Of a stretch of 64,000 bases of DNA, positions 38,295 to 49,003 are shown one piece after another. The position numbers were made by a program, and so were the translations under genes. Numbering within the stretch: the stretch's first letter is position 1; each line of letters begins with the position of its first letter. The notes below the pieces were generated by a model that saw only the letters and a list, made by a program, of their open reading frames with translations, did not search any database and was not told the origin of the DNA. Source of the DNA: Bacteroidota bacterium (GTDB lineage Bacteria; Bacteroidota; Bacteroidia; Palsa-965); contig JABDAO010000005.1 of NCBI GenBank assembly GCA_013289095.1, positions 303 through 64,302 on the forward strand, written 5' to 3'.

Positions 38295-38942
38295 ATGACA
38301 AAGAAACAACGTTTTGAGGCAGTACTTAGCTATTTCAGTACCCACATGCCGGTGGCTGAAACAGAACTGCATTATACAAACCCCTATCAATTGCTGGTGG
38401 CCGTCATCCTATCGGCACAGTGTACAGATAAACGGGTGAACCTGGTAACACCTGCCTTGTTCAACGCATTTCCAACGGCTGAGGTGATGGCAGCAGCCAG
38501 CTCTGATGAGGTCTTTCAGTACATACGAAGCATCAGTTATCCGAACAACAAGGCCAAACACCTGGTTGGCATGGCGAAAATGCTTACCGAAGAATTTCAT
38601 GGAAACGTACCTTCCGATGTAGAAGAGTTACAGAAAATGCCCGGGGTAGGACGTAAGACTGCCAATGTCATTGCCTCCGTGGTGTATGACAAACCAACGC
38701 TTGCTGTCGATACACATGTGTTCAGGGTTGCAGCTCGGCTTGGACTTACCACCAATGCCAAAACCCCCTTGGCAACCGAAAAACAGTTGATGAAATACAT
38801 ACCCCTCGCGCAGGTGCCCATAGCCCATCATTGGCTCATTCTTCACGGACGTTATACATGCCTGGCCCGAAGCCCCAAGTGTGAGGTCTGTGGGCTGACC
38901 GATGTTTGTAAATATTATAGCTCCCAATCGCGTGGGAAATAA
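38295..38942 (+). CDS. nth: endonuclease III
   Basis: 215 aa. HhH motif LQKMPGVGRKTANVI, the DTHVFRV block, and the 4Fe-4S cluster CLARSPKCEVCGLTDVC. Confidence 0.92.
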   Translation: MTKKQRFEAVLSYFSTHMPVAETELHYTNPYQLLVAVILSAQCTDKRVNLVTPALFNAFPTAEVMAAASSDEVFQYIRSISYPNNKAKHLVGMAKMLTEEFHGNVPSDVEELQKMPGVGRKTANVIASVVYDKPTLAVDTHVFRVAARLGLTTNAKTPLATEKQLMKYIPLAQVPIAHHWLILHGRYTCLARSPKCEVCGLTDVCKYYSSQSRGK

Positions 38943-39245
38943 GGCTCAGCCGAAAGAAGCTATAAAAACACCCAATATGCTGTTATTTAGTTGTTTGTAT
39001 AGCTATTTGTATAGCTATTTGGGCTGAATTTAGCTGCTTATTCCTTCCCCTTTGTCAGTTTTCATGACAAAATAGTTCAAAATAAGTTTTGTGTTTGTTG
39101 AATTTAATGTAATTTACCTGCCGTAGATTGTTTGTTTTTGTGACAAATGGGTTTGCTGGTAAATCGTTGGTTGTTGATAAAGCTGATAAGTTAGCCTTTG
39201 CCGGGAGTCAAAGTTTCTTGTACTTTGTAAGAAGAGAATACGGGT

Positions 39246-39758
39246 ATGACAAAGACCACAGAGAAGGCAATTTTCAAGAATCATTGTACAAGTCTGGCTG
39301 CCGGAATGAAGGCCCCCGATTTTAAAGTGAAAGATGAAAACGGGGTCGAAAAAAAACTGGGCGATTATCAAGGACGAAAACTGGCGCTCTTTTTTTATCC
39401 GGCAGACTTGACGCCAACATGTACTGAAGAAGTCTGCAATCTGCGTGATCATGTGGAAGAACTGAGAAACAAGGGAATTGAAATACTGGGTGTGAGCAAG
39501 GACGATGAACGTTCACATCTTAAATTCATACAGAAACACAAACTACCGTTCAGTTTGCTTGCTGATACGAATCTGGATGTAATAAAGGCATACGATACCT
39601 GGGGGAAGAAACAGTTTATGGGCCGTATATTCGATGGAGTGGCACGAACTACCTTTTTGATTTCTGAAAAAGGGATCATTGAAAAAGTCATTACAAAAGT
39701 AAAATCAAAAGAACACTCGGCACAGATTACAGAAGCCCTGCAACCAAGTAACAACTAA
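39246..39758 (+). CDS. bcp: thioredoxin-dependent peroxiredoxin (BCP/PrxQ)
   Basis: 170 aa. [11 protein letters not shown], and the peroxidatic-Cys motif [16 protein letters not shown]. Confidence 0.88.
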   Translation: MTKTTEKAIFKNHCTSLAAGMKAPDFKVKDENGVEKKLGDYQGRKLALFFYPADLTPTCTEEVCNLRDHVEELRNKGIEILGVSKDDERSHLKFIQKHKLPFSLLADTNLDVIKAYDTWGKKQFMGRIFDGVARTTFLISEKGIIEKVITKVKSKEHSAQITEALQPSNN

Positions 39759-39772
39759 ACCACCATACGACC

Positions 39773-40834
39773 ATGAGCAAGGACATCAAAGAAAAAGAAG
39801 CGAAAGACACGAAAGAAAAAGACGCGATGAAAGAAGTAAACAAGGAAAAACTGAAAGCGCTTCAGCTGACACTGGATAAGATCGAAAAAACTTACGGCAA
39901 AGGAACCATCATGAAGATGACCGCAAACGTGGTTGATCAGGTTGAATCTATTCCTACCGGTTCGCTTGGACTGGATGTGGCCCTGGGTATTGGAGGCTTT
40001 CCGAAAGGACGTGTTGTTGAGATCTATGGCCCTGAATCGTCGGGTAAGACAACGCTGGCCCTGCATGCCATTGCCAATGTGCAGAAAGCAGGGGGTATCG
40101 CAGCCTTTATTGATGCCGAGCATGCGTTTGACCGCGGGTATGCACAGAAATTGGGCATAGACCTCGAAACACTCCTGATCTCCCAGCCAGACAACGGCGA
40201 GCAGGCCCTCGAAATCACCGAAAACCTGATCCGCTCAGGCGCCATCGATATCATTGTTATCGACTCCGTAGCCGCATTGACTCCCAAAAGCGAAATCGAA
40301 GGCGAAATGGGAGATTCTAAAATGGGACTCCAGGCCAGGCTCATGTCGCAAGCCCTGCGTAAACTTACCGGCACCATCAATAAAACAGGATGCTGTTGTA
40401 TATTCATCAACCAGCTTCGCGAAAAGATCGGTGTCATGTTCGGAAACCCTGAAACGACAACCGGTGGTAATGCCCTTAAATTTTATGCTTCCGTTCGTCT
40501 GGATATCCGTCGGATCGGACAAATCAAGGACGGTGATACCGCTACCGGTAACCGTGCCCGGGTGAAAGTGGTCAAGAACAAGATGGCTTCGCCTTTCCGC
40601 CTTGCCGAATTCGATATCATCTTCGGAGAAGGCATTTCTAAAGTCGGCGAAATCATTGATATCGGAGTAGAACACAATATCATTGCCAAGGCGGGTTCGT
40701 GGTTTAGTTATGAAGGAACAAAGCTCGGTCAGGGACGTGATGCCGTGAAACAGGTGTTCCTCGACAACCCCGACCTGGCCGATGAAATCGAACGCAAGAT
40801 TAAGGATGCGCTCGCTGCCCCTTCGGCAAATTAA
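39773..40834 (+). CDS. recA: recombinase RecA
   Basis: 353 aa. Walker [17 protein letters not shown], the L2 region and [31 protein letters not shown]. Confidence 0.96.
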   Translation: MSKDIKEKEAKDTKEKDAMKEVNKEKLKALQLTLDKIEKTYGKGTIMKMTANVVDQVESIPTGSLGLDVALGIGGFPKGRVVEIYGPESSGKTTLALHAIANVQKAGGIAAFIDAEHAFDRGYAQKLGIDLETLLISQPDNGEQALEITENLIRSGAIDIIVIDSVAALTPKSEIEGEMGDSKMGLQARLMSQALRKLTGTINKTGCCCIFINQLREKIGVMFGNPETTTGGNALKFYASVRLDIRRIGQIKDGDTATGNRARVKVVKNKMASPFRLAEFDIIFGEGISKVGEIIDIGVEHNIIAKAGSWFSYEGTKLGQGRDAVKQVFLDNPDLADEIERKIKDALAAPSAN

Positions 40835-40937
40835 TGCCCGAAGCCAGGTTTTGAATTTTTTTTTTAAATATTCTTGCTTTAAGCTAATTCCAGAGGTATA
40901 GGTTTTTGAATTTATTTTACTGTACCTTTGTTAACCA

Positions 40938-40977
40938 GTCCCCGGTCCGCCATGTCCGGGGGCTTTTTTTATTTTTT
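40938..40977 (+). terminator. intrinsic terminator after recA
   Basis: ccccgg-tccgccatgt-ccgggg followed by cTTTTTTTaTTTTTT. Confidence 0.75.
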
Positions 40978-41074
40978 AGGATTACTTGCCTGGTTTGTCT
41001 GTGATTTGAAAATTCTGCCCAGATTTGTGGATCTATTTTGATTGATTATTTAGCGAGTCTTAAAATCCACCTCT

Positions 41075-42094
41075 ATGAAATCACTCCTTGTAAACCTTAT
41101 CCTCGCCATCTGTCTGTGGAGTATGGCATCCTGCGGGAATAACGGTACTGCAAAAAAAGCAACAACCCCGGTATCTTCCGACAGCTCGTCGGTCAGACTC
41201 GATGACTTGAACGCCAAACTCAAAGAAAAGCCAGGCAGCGCTGAATTGTATGAGGCACGGGCGAAATACTACCTCGATCAGAAAAATCTGACAGCATCAC
41301 TGGCCGATATGAAAAGAGCAATGAATATTGACAGCAGCAAGGCCACCTCTTTTCTTACCCTGGCCGACATCTTTTTTGCAATGAACAAAACAGGGCTTTC
41401 CAAACAGGCCCTGATCAAGAGCCACCTGCTGGACCAGAAAAATCCGGAATGTATTATGAAGCTGGCAGAGCTTTATTTTTATGTTCGCAAATATCAGGAG
41501 TCGCTTAATTATCTCGACGAGGCATTGAAGATCGACCAGTTCAATGCAAAAGCGTATTTCATGAAAGGCATGAATTTTAAAGAAGCGGGTGATACAGCCA
41601 AGGCTCTTTCCAGTTTTCAAACTGCCGTAGAACAGGATAACAAATACTACAAGGCTTATGTACAACTGGGCCTGATTTGTGCCGCCCAGCATAACCGTCT
41701 TGCAGAAGAGTATTATGCAGATGCACTCAGGCTTCAGCCTGCGAATACAGAGGTGCTCTATGATTATGCAAAGCTTTGTCAGGATGAGGGAAATTACCCA
41801 AAGGCAACCGAGGTATACAAACATCTGCTTTCGATCGACAAGACCTTTTTTGATGCCCAATACAATCTGGGAGTCCTTGCCGTTGATCGGAAGGATTATC
41901 CCGAAGCCATTCATTGTTTTTCGGATGCGATAGGAATAAACCCCAAGAACGCAAAAGGATATTTCGGAAGAGGATATACCTATCAGGTCATGGGGCAGGC
42001 CCAAAACGCAGCTGCCGATTACAAATACAGCCTGACATTGGATCCGGAATATGGGCCGGCAAAGGATGCCCTGAATCAGTTAAAAACCAATTGA
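41075..42094 (+). CDS. TPR-repeat lipoprotein
   Basis: 339 aa. Lipobox LWSMASCGNN, then 7 or more TPR units (AKAYFMKGMNFKEAGDTAKALSSFQTAVEQD and others). Confidence 0.8.
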   Translation: MKSLLVNLILAICLWSMASCGNNGTAKKATTPVSSDSSSVRLDDLNAKLKEKPGSAELYEARAKYYLDQKNLTASLADMKRAMNIDSSKATSFLTLADIFFAMNKTGLSKQALIKSHLLDQKNPECIMKLAELYFYVRKYQESLNYLDEALKIDQFNAKAYFMKGMNFKEAGDTAKALSSFQTAVEQDNKYYKAYVQLGLICAAQHNRLAEEYYADALRLQPANTEVLYDYAKLCQDEGNYPKATEVYKHLLSIDKTFFDAQYNLGVLAVDRKDYPEAIHCFSDAIGINPKNAKGYFGRGYTYQVMGQAQNAAADYKYSLTLDPEYGPAKDALNQLKTN

Positions 42095-42140
42095 CCTGGT
42101 CTGTCGGGATGTATAGGCGAAAAAGAATTTCATGCATTTT

Positions 42141-42173
42141 TTTGGAGATAAACAAAAAAGAAGCCTATATTTG
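42141..42173 (+). promoter_or_regulatory. candidate Bacteroidetes-type promoter for the trp leader/operon
   Basis: TTTG at 42141-42144 and TATATTTG (TAnnTTTG, the -7 element) at 42166-42173, 21 nt apart. The leader ATG is 20 nt downstream. This is a motif match only. Confidence 0.4.
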
Positions 42174-42192
42174 TTTTGTTCAAACAAAAGAA

Positions 42193-42252
42193 ATGAAAAA
42201 TTTAAATCATAACGGATGGTGGCTCTTCTCAAAATCAATGAGAACAGCCTGA
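42193..42252 (+). CDS. candidate trp operon leader peptide (MKNLNHNGWWLFSKSMRTA)
   Basis: A 19-codon ORF with two adjacent Trp codons (tgg tgg at 42217-42222). It is followed 29 nt later by a strong terminator and then by trpE. It is the tail of ORF-track entry 41914-42252. Confidence 0.6.
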   Translation: MKNLNHNGWWLFSKSMRTA

Positions 42253-42280
42253 GTTGTGTAAAACTCCCGATAAGCCTTAG

Positions 42281-42310
42281 GGCCTGCTGTTCACAGCAGG
42301 CCTTTTTTTT
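42281..42310 (+). terminator. attenuator terminator upstream of trpE
   Basis: ggcctgctg-ttca-cagcaggcc: a 9-bp perfect stem followed by T8. It lies 32 nt before the trpE ATG. Confidence 0.75.
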
Positions 42311-42341
42311 GTTCTGAATTTAATCCCGTTTCTGACGCCAT

Positions 42342-43754
42342 ATGAAAAAACATCGTCTTCATACCACCAGTAAAAAGGGCTTTTCGGATACCCATACTCC
42401 CGTGAGTATTTATCTGAAACTGCGTGACAAATTTCCGAACAGCATTTTGTTAGAGAGTTCTGATTACCATGGCAACGAAAACAGCTATTCGTATATCTGT
42501 TGCGCACCGATGGCAGGAATCAAACTCGAGCGCGACGAACTTATCTGCACCTATCCCGACGGGAGCCTTGAAATACATGCTGGTGAAAATCTGCGTAGCC
42601 AGCTTTCATTCATTTTTGATGATTTCCAACATGCTTTTGAGCCTGATGCAAACTCCTTCCCGTTTACAACAACAGGGCTCTTTGGGTACACGGGCTATGA
42701 TGCAATCAGTTATTTTGAGGATATTCAGCTGAATGCAGAAGTGAAGAAAGAAAGGAGTATTCCGGAAATGATCTATCAGGTATACCGCTATGTCATTGTC
42801 ATCGATCATTTCAGGGATGAGCTGTATCTGTTTGATCACGATTCTGAGAATAGGGCAGGAGGAGGCCTTGCCGCACTGGAGGCCTTAATCGAAAACAAAA
42901 ATTTTGCATCCTATGGTTTCAAGATTGAAGGTGAAGAACGGTCGAACTTTACGGATGATGAGTTTCGGAACGTGATTCGTGCAGGGAAAGGGCATTGCCA
43001 TCGGGGAGATGTTTTTCAGGTGGTTTTCTCCCGGGCATTTTGCAGAAAATACAGCGGCGATGATTTTAACGTATACCGTGCCTTACGATCGGTAAACCCC
43101 TCTCCGTACTTGTTTTATTTTGATTATGGCAACTTTAAACTGTTCGGATCCTCGCCCGAGGCACAGCTCATACTAAAAGAATCGAAGGCTTCTATCCACC
43201 CCATTGCAGGCACATTCAAACGTACGGGCGACAGCCAGGCTGATGCGCTTTCGGCCGAAAAACTGAAACAGGACCCAAAGGAGAACGCCGAACATGTCAT
43301 GCTCGTTGATCTGGCCAGGAACGACCTGAGCCGGAATTGCACGACGGTGGAGGTAGAAACATTTCGCGAAATCCAGTATTATTCACACGTCATACATCTG
43401 GTCTCCAAAGTAAGCGGGGTGTTGAAAGAGGGAAGGACCACCTTCGATCTGATGTCCAGCACTTTTCCTGCAGGAACGCTTTCGGGCGCTCCCAAACACA
43501 AAGCCTTGCAATTGATAGACCGGTATGAAAAGGGGAGACGTGGTTTTTACGGTGGATGCATCGGTCTGATGGGTTTCAACGGCGATTTTAACCATGCCAT
43601 TATGATCCGCTCTTTTCTTTGTAAGGACAAGCACCTTTACTATCAGGCCGGGGCCGGAGTGGTGGAGTCATCGGATGAACAAAGCGAACTCCAGGAAGTG
43701 AACAACAAACTGGCCGCGCTGAAAAAAGCCATGCAATTGGCAGAAACGATCTAA
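42342..43754 (+). CDS. trpE: anthranilate synthase component I
   Basis: 470 aa. N-terminal Trp-feedback motif SILLESSDYHG and a chorismate-binding C-terminus (GTLSGAPK, GGCIGLMGFNGD, GAGVVESSD). Confidence 0.93.
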   Translation: MKKHRLHTTSKKGFSDTHTPVSIYLKLRDKFPNSILLESSDYHGNENSYSYICCAPMAGIKLERDELICTYPDGSLEIHAGENLRSQLSFIFDDFQHAFEPDANSFPFTTTGLFGYTGYDAISYFEDIQLNAEVKKERSIPEMIYQVYRYVIVIDHFRDELYLFDHDSENRAGGGLAALEALIENKNFASYGFKIEGEERSNFTDDEFRNVIRAGKGHCHRGDVFQVVFSRAFCRKYSGDDFNVYRALRSVNPSPYLFYFDYGNFKLFGSSPEAQLILKESKASIHPIAGTFKRTGDSQADALSAEKLKQDPKENAEHVMLVDLARNDLSRNCTTVEVETFREIQYYSHVIHLVSKVSGVLKEGRTTFDLMSSTFPAGTLSGAPKHKALQLIDRYEKGRRGFYGGCIGLMGFNGDFNHAIMIRSFLCKDKHLYYQAGAGVVESSDEQSELQEVNNKLAALKKAMQLAETI

Positions 43755-43816
43755 CCTGAGAAGAAAGAGTGCCGTGACGGTTTCTACTTTAACTTAACAG
43801 AATAATACCCTTTAAA

Positions 43817-44392
43817 ATGAAAATACTGGTATTCGATAATTACGACAGTTTTACCTACAACCTGGTGCACTGTATTGAAAAAATCAGTGCACATGAAGTA
43901 ACTGTCCGCCGGAATGACCAGATAACACGCGATGAGATTTCGGGCTTTGATAAGATCCTGCTCTCTCCGGGGCCCGGCCTGCCTTCGGAAGCAGGTTTGC
44001 TCAAAGAGCTGATCGAAAGCTTCGCTTCAACCAAAAGTATCTTTGGGGTATGTCTTGGTCAGCAAGCCATTGGTGAAGTGTTCGGCGGGAAACTGATCAA
44101 CCTCGACACGGTTTATCACGGCGTGGCAACGGAAATGGAAGTTGTGGCCCACGATGTTTTGTTTGAGGGCTTGCCTACACGGTTTAAAGCAGGGAGGTAT
44201 CATTCCTGGGTGGTAGATAGTCATTCCTTTCCGGCTGAGCTGGAAGTAACGGCACGTGATGCCAACGGATTTGTGATGGCCCTCCGGCACCGGAAGTATG
44301 ATGTGCGGGGAGTCCAGTTTCACCCCGAAAGTATATTGACAGAATATGGTGAACAGATCATCCGGAACTGGCTTGAACATCCTGTGAGGTAA
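43817..44392 (+). CDS. trpG: anthranilate synthase component II (glutamine amidotransferase)
   Basis: 191 aa. DNYDSFTYNL, nucleophile GVCLGQQAIG, and VQFHPES. Confidence 0.93.
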   Translation: MKILVFDNYDSFTYNLVHCIEKISAHEVTVRRNDQITRDEISGFDKILLSPGPGLPSEAGLLKELIESFASTKSIFGVCLGQQAIGEVFGGKLINLDTVYHGVATEMEVVAHDVLFEGLPTRFKAGRYHSWVVDSHSFPAELEVTARDANGFVMALRHRKYDVRGVQFHPESILTEYGEQIIRNWLEHPVR

Positions 44393-44431
44393 GCCTCTTT
44401 CTTTATCACCATAGCTCTTGAAGATCCCTGC

Positions 44432-45436
44432 ATGATGAAAGCAATCCTAAATCAATTATTCGAACACAAACCGCTCACGAAAGAGCAGGCTACAGATGTC
44501 ATACACCGCATTGCCGGCGGTGGGTGCAACCAAAGCCAGATCGCTGCGTTCCTGGCCGTATACATGCTAAGACCAATCACAGTGAGCGAACTCGAAGGTT
44601 TTAGAGATGCCTTGCTGGGGCTCTGTCTGAAAATTGATCTTTCCGATTTCGAAACAATTGATCTCTGTGGCACCGGGGGCGATTCTAAAAACACATTCAA
44701 CATCTCCACCCTGGCAAGTTTTGTTACGGCCGGGGCCGGGGTAAAAGTTGCAAAACATGGAAACTATGGGGTGTCTTCGATAAGCGGATCATCGAATGTG
44801 ATGGAGTTCCTGGGTTACCGGTTCACGAATAAGGAGGAAGTGTTAAAACAACAACTCGACAGGAGCGGAATCTGTTTTATGCATGCTCCGCTTTTTCACC
44901 CGGCCATGAAAATGGTGGCTCCTGTTCGCAAAGAACTGGGTATGCGTACATTCTTTAATATGCTGGGCCCATTGGTGAATCCTTCTTTTCCAAACTATCA
45001 GCTTACCGGTGTGTTTAACCTGGAGCTTTCCAGGCTTTATCATTACCTGTTGCAGCAAACAGAACGCAGTTTTTTACTTGTTCATTCACTGGATGGATAT
45101 GATGAACTTTCGCTGACTGCCGGTTTTAAACTCATCAGCCGCGCCAAAGAGGAACTTCTTTTTCCTGCAGATATTGGTCTTCCATCCTACACGCAAGCCG
45201 AATTGGCAGGGGGAGAAACGATGGAAGAATCGGCAAAACTCTTTTTGAAGATACTCAATGGGCAAGGCACTCCTGCCCAAAACGATGTGGTTTGCGCGAA
45301 TGCTGGTCTTGCTATTCAGTGTGTCAGTTCCGAACGATCCATTCCCGATGCTGTTGCGCTTGCCAGGGAATCACTCCTATCAAAAAAAGCGTATACTGTT
45401 TTTAAAAAACTACTCGAACATGAATATACTGTCTGA
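44432..45436 (+). CDS. trpD: anthranilate phosphoribosyltransferase
   Basis: 334 aa. DLCGTGGDSKNTFNIST, KHGN and FMHAPLFHPAMK blocks. Confidence 0.93.
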   Translation: MMKAILNQLFEHKPLTKEQATDVIHRIAGGGCNQSQIAAFLAVYMLRPITVSELEGFRDALLGLCLKIDLSDFETIDLCGTGGDSKNTFNISTLASFVTAGAGVKVAKHGNYGVSSISGSSNVMEFLGYRFTNKEEVLKQQLDRSGICFMHAPLFHPAMKMVAPVRKELGMRTFFNMLGPLVNPSFPNYQLTGVFNLELSRLYHYLLQQTERSFLLVHSLDGYDELSLTAGFKLISRAKEELLFPADIGLPSYTQAELAGGETMEESAKLFLKILNGQGTPAQNDVVCANAGLAIQCVSSERSIPDAVALARESLLSKKAYTVFKKLLEHEYTV

Positions 45437-46247
45437 CATTATCGCCCACAAGAAGAAAGAAGTGGCCGAACGCAAAGCGCTGTATCCTGCAAAACTGCTT
45501 GAAAAATCGGTGTATTTTTCTTCGCCAGGAGTATCCCTGAAAAAATATCTGCAGCGGGCTGACAAGACAGGGATCATTGCAGAGATTAAACGTAAATCGC
45601 CTTCGCTGGGGGTGATCAACAACTATGTTTCTGTGGAGCGTACTTCCATCGGTTACATGCAGGCTGGAGCCAGCGCCTTGAGTATCCTGACTGATACCCG
45701 TTTTTTCGGAGGCCAGAACGAAGATCTGACGACTGCCCGAAAATTCAACTATTGTCCCATTCTTCGCAAGGATTTTATCATCGACGAATATCAGGTCATC
45801 GAGTCAAAATCCATTGGGGCAGATGTGATCCTGCTTCTTGCCAATGTTCTGGATGCGGTTCAGGTAAAAGAGCTTGGCAGGCTCGCACATAGCCTGGGCA
45901 TGGAAGTCTTGCTCGAGCTCCGGGAAGCTCCGGAGCTCAGCGCTCTGAATGAATTTGTGGATGTGGCCGGTGTAAACAACCGTAATCTGAACGATTTTTC
46001 GGTGGATATCAACCAAAGTCTGAAAATGGCTTCCTTGCTCCCCGCTGGGATGCTTCGCGTTTCAGAAAGCGGCCTCTCGTCGGCAGCTACGATCCATGAG
46101 TTGAAACAAGCCGGGTATAGCGGGTTTTTAATTGGTGAAACATTTATGAAGAACAGCCGGCCAGAACTGGCTTGTGCCCGGCTGATTAAGGAAGTGGCAG
46201 AGTACGAAGAACGTGCGCGGGAGCCGGTGGCCGCTGCTCGTAAATAA
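45420..46247 (+). CDS. trpC: indole-3-glycerol phosphate synthase
   Basis: I prefer the ATG at 45420 (MNILSDIIAHKKKEV), which overlaps the trpD end by 17 nt. IAEIKRKSPS, LSILTD and RKDFIIDEYQ blocks are present. Confidence 0.9.
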   Translation: MNILSDIIAHKKKEVAERKALYPAKLLEKSVYFSSPGVSLKKYLQRADKTGIIAEIKRKSPSLGVINNYVSVERTSIGYMQAGASALSILTDTRFFGGQNEDLTTARKFNYCPILRKDFIIDEYQVIESKSIGADVILLLANVLDAVQVKELGRLAHSLGMEVLLELREAPELSALNEFVDVAGVNNRNLNDFSVDINQSLKMASLLPAGMLRVSESGLSSAATIHELKQAGYSGFLIGETFMKNSRPELACARLIKEVAEYEERAREPVAAARK

Positions 46248-46312
46248 AGGTTTCGTTCCGGAGTTCGCAGGCTCTTCCTTAAATTCTTTAAGAAGCAAAA
46301 TTCAAGATCGTC

Positions 46313-46942
46313 ATGAAAATTAAAGTTTGTGGCATGCGCAATGCCGGGAATATCAAGGCTGTTTCAGAACTAAAACCAGATTATATGGGTTTTATTTTTT
46401 ATCCCAAAAGCAGTCGTTTTGTTGGAGATGATCTTGATGCTGCTGCATTGAAAGCATTGCCTTCCACAATCTCTAAAATTGGCGTGTTTGTGAATCCTAC
46501 ACACGAGGAGGTTATTCAAAAAACGATGCGGTTCAAGCTTCACGCCATACAGCTTCACGGCAATGAAAGCCCTGCATTTTGTAAAAGACTGAGTCTGTAT
46601 GTTCCTGTTATCAAAGCATTTGGCGTTTCTGAAGATTTTGATTTCGGGGCGTTAAATGAATATGAATCATGTTGCTCGCATTACCTGTTTGATACAAAGA
46701 CACCAGGATATGGAGGAAGCGGAGAAGCGTTTAACTGGGAACTTCTGATGCATTATCATGGATCCAAACCATTTTTTCTGAGCGGGGGCATCGGGTTTGG
46801 GCATGTCAGTAAGTTGAAAATGATGGAACGCGAACTGCCCGCTCTGTATGCCATTGATTTGAACAGCAAATTTGAAACAAGCCCAGGGGTGAAAGATGGA
46901 GTGAAATTAAAACGGGTAATGACAGGGTTGCGTGATGTGTAA
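46313..46942 (+). CDS. trpF: phosphoribosylanthranilate isomerase
   Basis: 209 aa. MKIKVCGM, IQLHGNES and FLSGGI blocks. Confidence 0.9.
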   Translation: MKIKVCGMRNAGNIKAVSELKPDYMGFIFYPKSSRFVGDDLDAAALKALPSTISKIGVFVNPTHEEVIQKTMRFKLHAIQLHGNESPAFCKRLSLYVPVIKAFGVSEDFDFGALNEYESCCSHYLFDTKTPGYGGSGEAFNWELLMHYHGSKPFFLSGGIGFGHVSKLKMMERELPALYAIDLNSKFETSPGVKDGVKLKRVMTGLRDV

Positions 46943-47044
46943 GGAATTGCCGTTTCCTTTCAGTCACATAGATAGAACCTTGAGCGCAAAGAGATCAACC
47001 ATTTCACACTCAACACTAACCAAATTTCTAACCTACAACCACAG

Positions 47045-48223
47045 ATGTATCAAGTAAATGAAAAAGGATATTACGGAAGTTTCGGGGGGGCTTATATCCC
47101 CGAAATGCTCTATCCGAATGTCGAAGAACTGCGTCTGTGCTATCTCGACATTATGAATGATGCCGGTTTTAAAACCGAGTTCGATAATCTGCTTCGCGAT
47201 TATGTAGGCAGACCCTCGCCCTTGTATCTGGCTTCGCGGCTATCGGCCCATTACCGCATGAAAATTTACCTGAAACGGGAAGACCTAAACCATACCGGGG
47301 CACATAAAATCAACAATACGCTGGGGCAGATTCTGCTTGCCAAACGTTTGGGCAAGAAACGCATCATAGCCGAAACCGGTGCCGGTCAACATGGTGTTGC
47401 CACGGCCACGGTTTGTGCGTTGATGGGTCTTGAATGCATTGTGTATATGGGTGAAGTGGATATAGACCGGCAGGCGCCCAATGTGGCCCGGATGAAACTC
47501 CTCGGGGCTACTGTCATTCCGGCGCTTTGTGGCAGCCGTACTCTGAAAGACGCCACCAACGAAGCCATACGCGATTGGATCAACAACCCCATTGATACCC
47601 ATTATATTATCGGTTCTGTTGTGGGCCCCCATCCTTACCCCGACATGGTGGCCCGCTTTCAAAGTGTGATCAGCGCGGAGATAAGAGCTCAGCTCCTTTC
47701 GCATGAAGGACGTGAAACACCCGATTATGTATTGGCCTGTGTAGGAGGCGGAAGCAATGCCGCGGGCGCCTTTTATCATTTCCTGAATGATGAATCGGTT
47801 AAATTGATAGCGGTGGAAGCTGCCGGAAAAGGCATTGACACGGGGCATTCGGCGGCAACGATGGTGTTGGGCAAGCCGGGCATTATTCACGGGAGCAAGA
47901 CCATGCTCATGCAAACTTCAGACGGGCAGATTACCGAACCATACAGTATCTCTGCGGGCCTCGATTACCCTGGGGTTGGCCCGGTACATGCCCATCTCTT
48001 CAAAAGCGGAAGGGCCAGCTTTGTTTCGGTAACAGACGACGAGGCGCTGGCCGCCGCTTTTTTATGTTGTAAACTCGAGGGTATCATTCCGGCCCTGGAA
48101 AGCGCCCATGCCTTGGCCCATCTCGAAAAAATGAAAGCAAACGAGACCGACGTTGTTGTCCTGAACCTCAGCGGCAGGGGAGACAAAGACCTGGCCACCT
48201 ATATGAAACACCAGAACCTATGA
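47045..48223 (+). CDS. trpB: tryptophan synthase beta chain
   Basis: 392 aa. PLP-lysine motif [21 protein letters not shown] and GGGSNAAG. Confidence 0.96.
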   Translation: MYQVNEKGYYGSFGGAYIPEMLYPNVEELRLCYLDIMNDAGFKTEFDNLLRDYVGRPSPLYLASRLSAHYRMKIYLKREDLNHTGAHKINNTLGQILLAKRLGKKRIIAETGAGQHGVATATVCALMGLECIVYMGEVDIDRQAPNVARMKLLGATVIPALCGSRTLKDATNEAIRDWINNPIDTHYIIGSVVGPHPYPDMVARFQSVISAEIRAQLLSHEGRETPDYVLACVGGGSNAAGAFYHFLNDESVKLIAVEAAGKGIDTGHSAATMVLGKPGIIHGSKTMLMQTSDGQITEPYSISAGLDYPGVGPVHAHLFKSGRASFVSVTDDEALAAAFLCCKLEGIIPALESAHALAHLEKMKANETDVVVLNLSGRGDKDLATYMKHQNL

Positions 48224-48993
48224 ACCGTATTACTGAATTATTCAAAAGAAAGAACGCTATTCTCTCTGTTTATTTTACTGCCGGTTTTCCGGCCCTGAAG
48301 GATACTGTGCCGGTGATAGAAAGCCTGAGCGCTGCCGGTGTTGATCTGATCGAAATCGGGATCCCGTTTTCGGATCCGCTTGCCGATGGACCTGTGATTC
48401 AGCACAGCAGCGAGTTGGCCCTCCGAAACGGGATGACACTCCGGCTTTTGTTTGAGCAGTTGAAAGATATCCGCAGATCGATTCAGGCCCCGCTGTTGTT
48501 CATGGGTTATCTCAACCCGGTGTTGCAGTTTGGGGTAGAAGCGTTTTGTATTCAAGCACAGGAGGTTGGCATTGACGGGGTAATCATCCCTGATCTTCCA
48601 TTTTCAGAATATGTCGAAGAATATGAAGCGATGTTCACCAAATACGGGATCATCAATATCTTTCTCATCACACCTCAGACGTCTGAAGCGAGGATCCGCC
48701 TCATCGACGAGCATTCGAAAGGGTTTATCTATATGGTGTCGGCAGCAAGCACGACCGGAGCAAAAGCAGGAGTGACGGCTGTCCAGTCTGACTATTTTGC
48801 CAGGGTACGGGCGATGAACCTGCGTAACCCCTTACTCATTGGTTTCGGTATTTCAGACAATGAAACCTTCGCCAATGCCTGCGCGTATGCAAACGGGGCT
48901 ATCATTGGCAGCGCTTATATCCGGGCGCTGGAGCAGGGAACGGATGTTCAGACAAGCACAGCCCGGTTTGTACAATCAATCCTCACGAACTAA
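48220..48993 (+). CDS. trpA: tryptophan synthase alpha chain
   Basis: 257 aa. Its ATG overlaps the trpB stop (ATGA). [17 protein letters not shown] and GFGIS blocks. Confidence 0.93.
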   Translation: MNRITELFKRKNAILSVYFTAGFPALKDTVPVIESLSAAGVDLIEIGIPFSDPLADGPVIQHSSELALRNGMTLRLLFEQLKDIRRSIQAPLLFMGYLNPVLQFGVEAFCIQAQEVGIDGVIIPDLPFSEYVEEYEAMFTKYGIINIFLITPQTSEARIRLIDEHSKGFIYMVSAASTTGAKAGVTAVQSDYFARVRAMNLRNPLLIGFGISDNETFANACAYANGAIIGSAYIRALEQGTDVQTSTARFVQSILTN

Positions 48994-49003
48994 ACAAAAC
49001 GAT

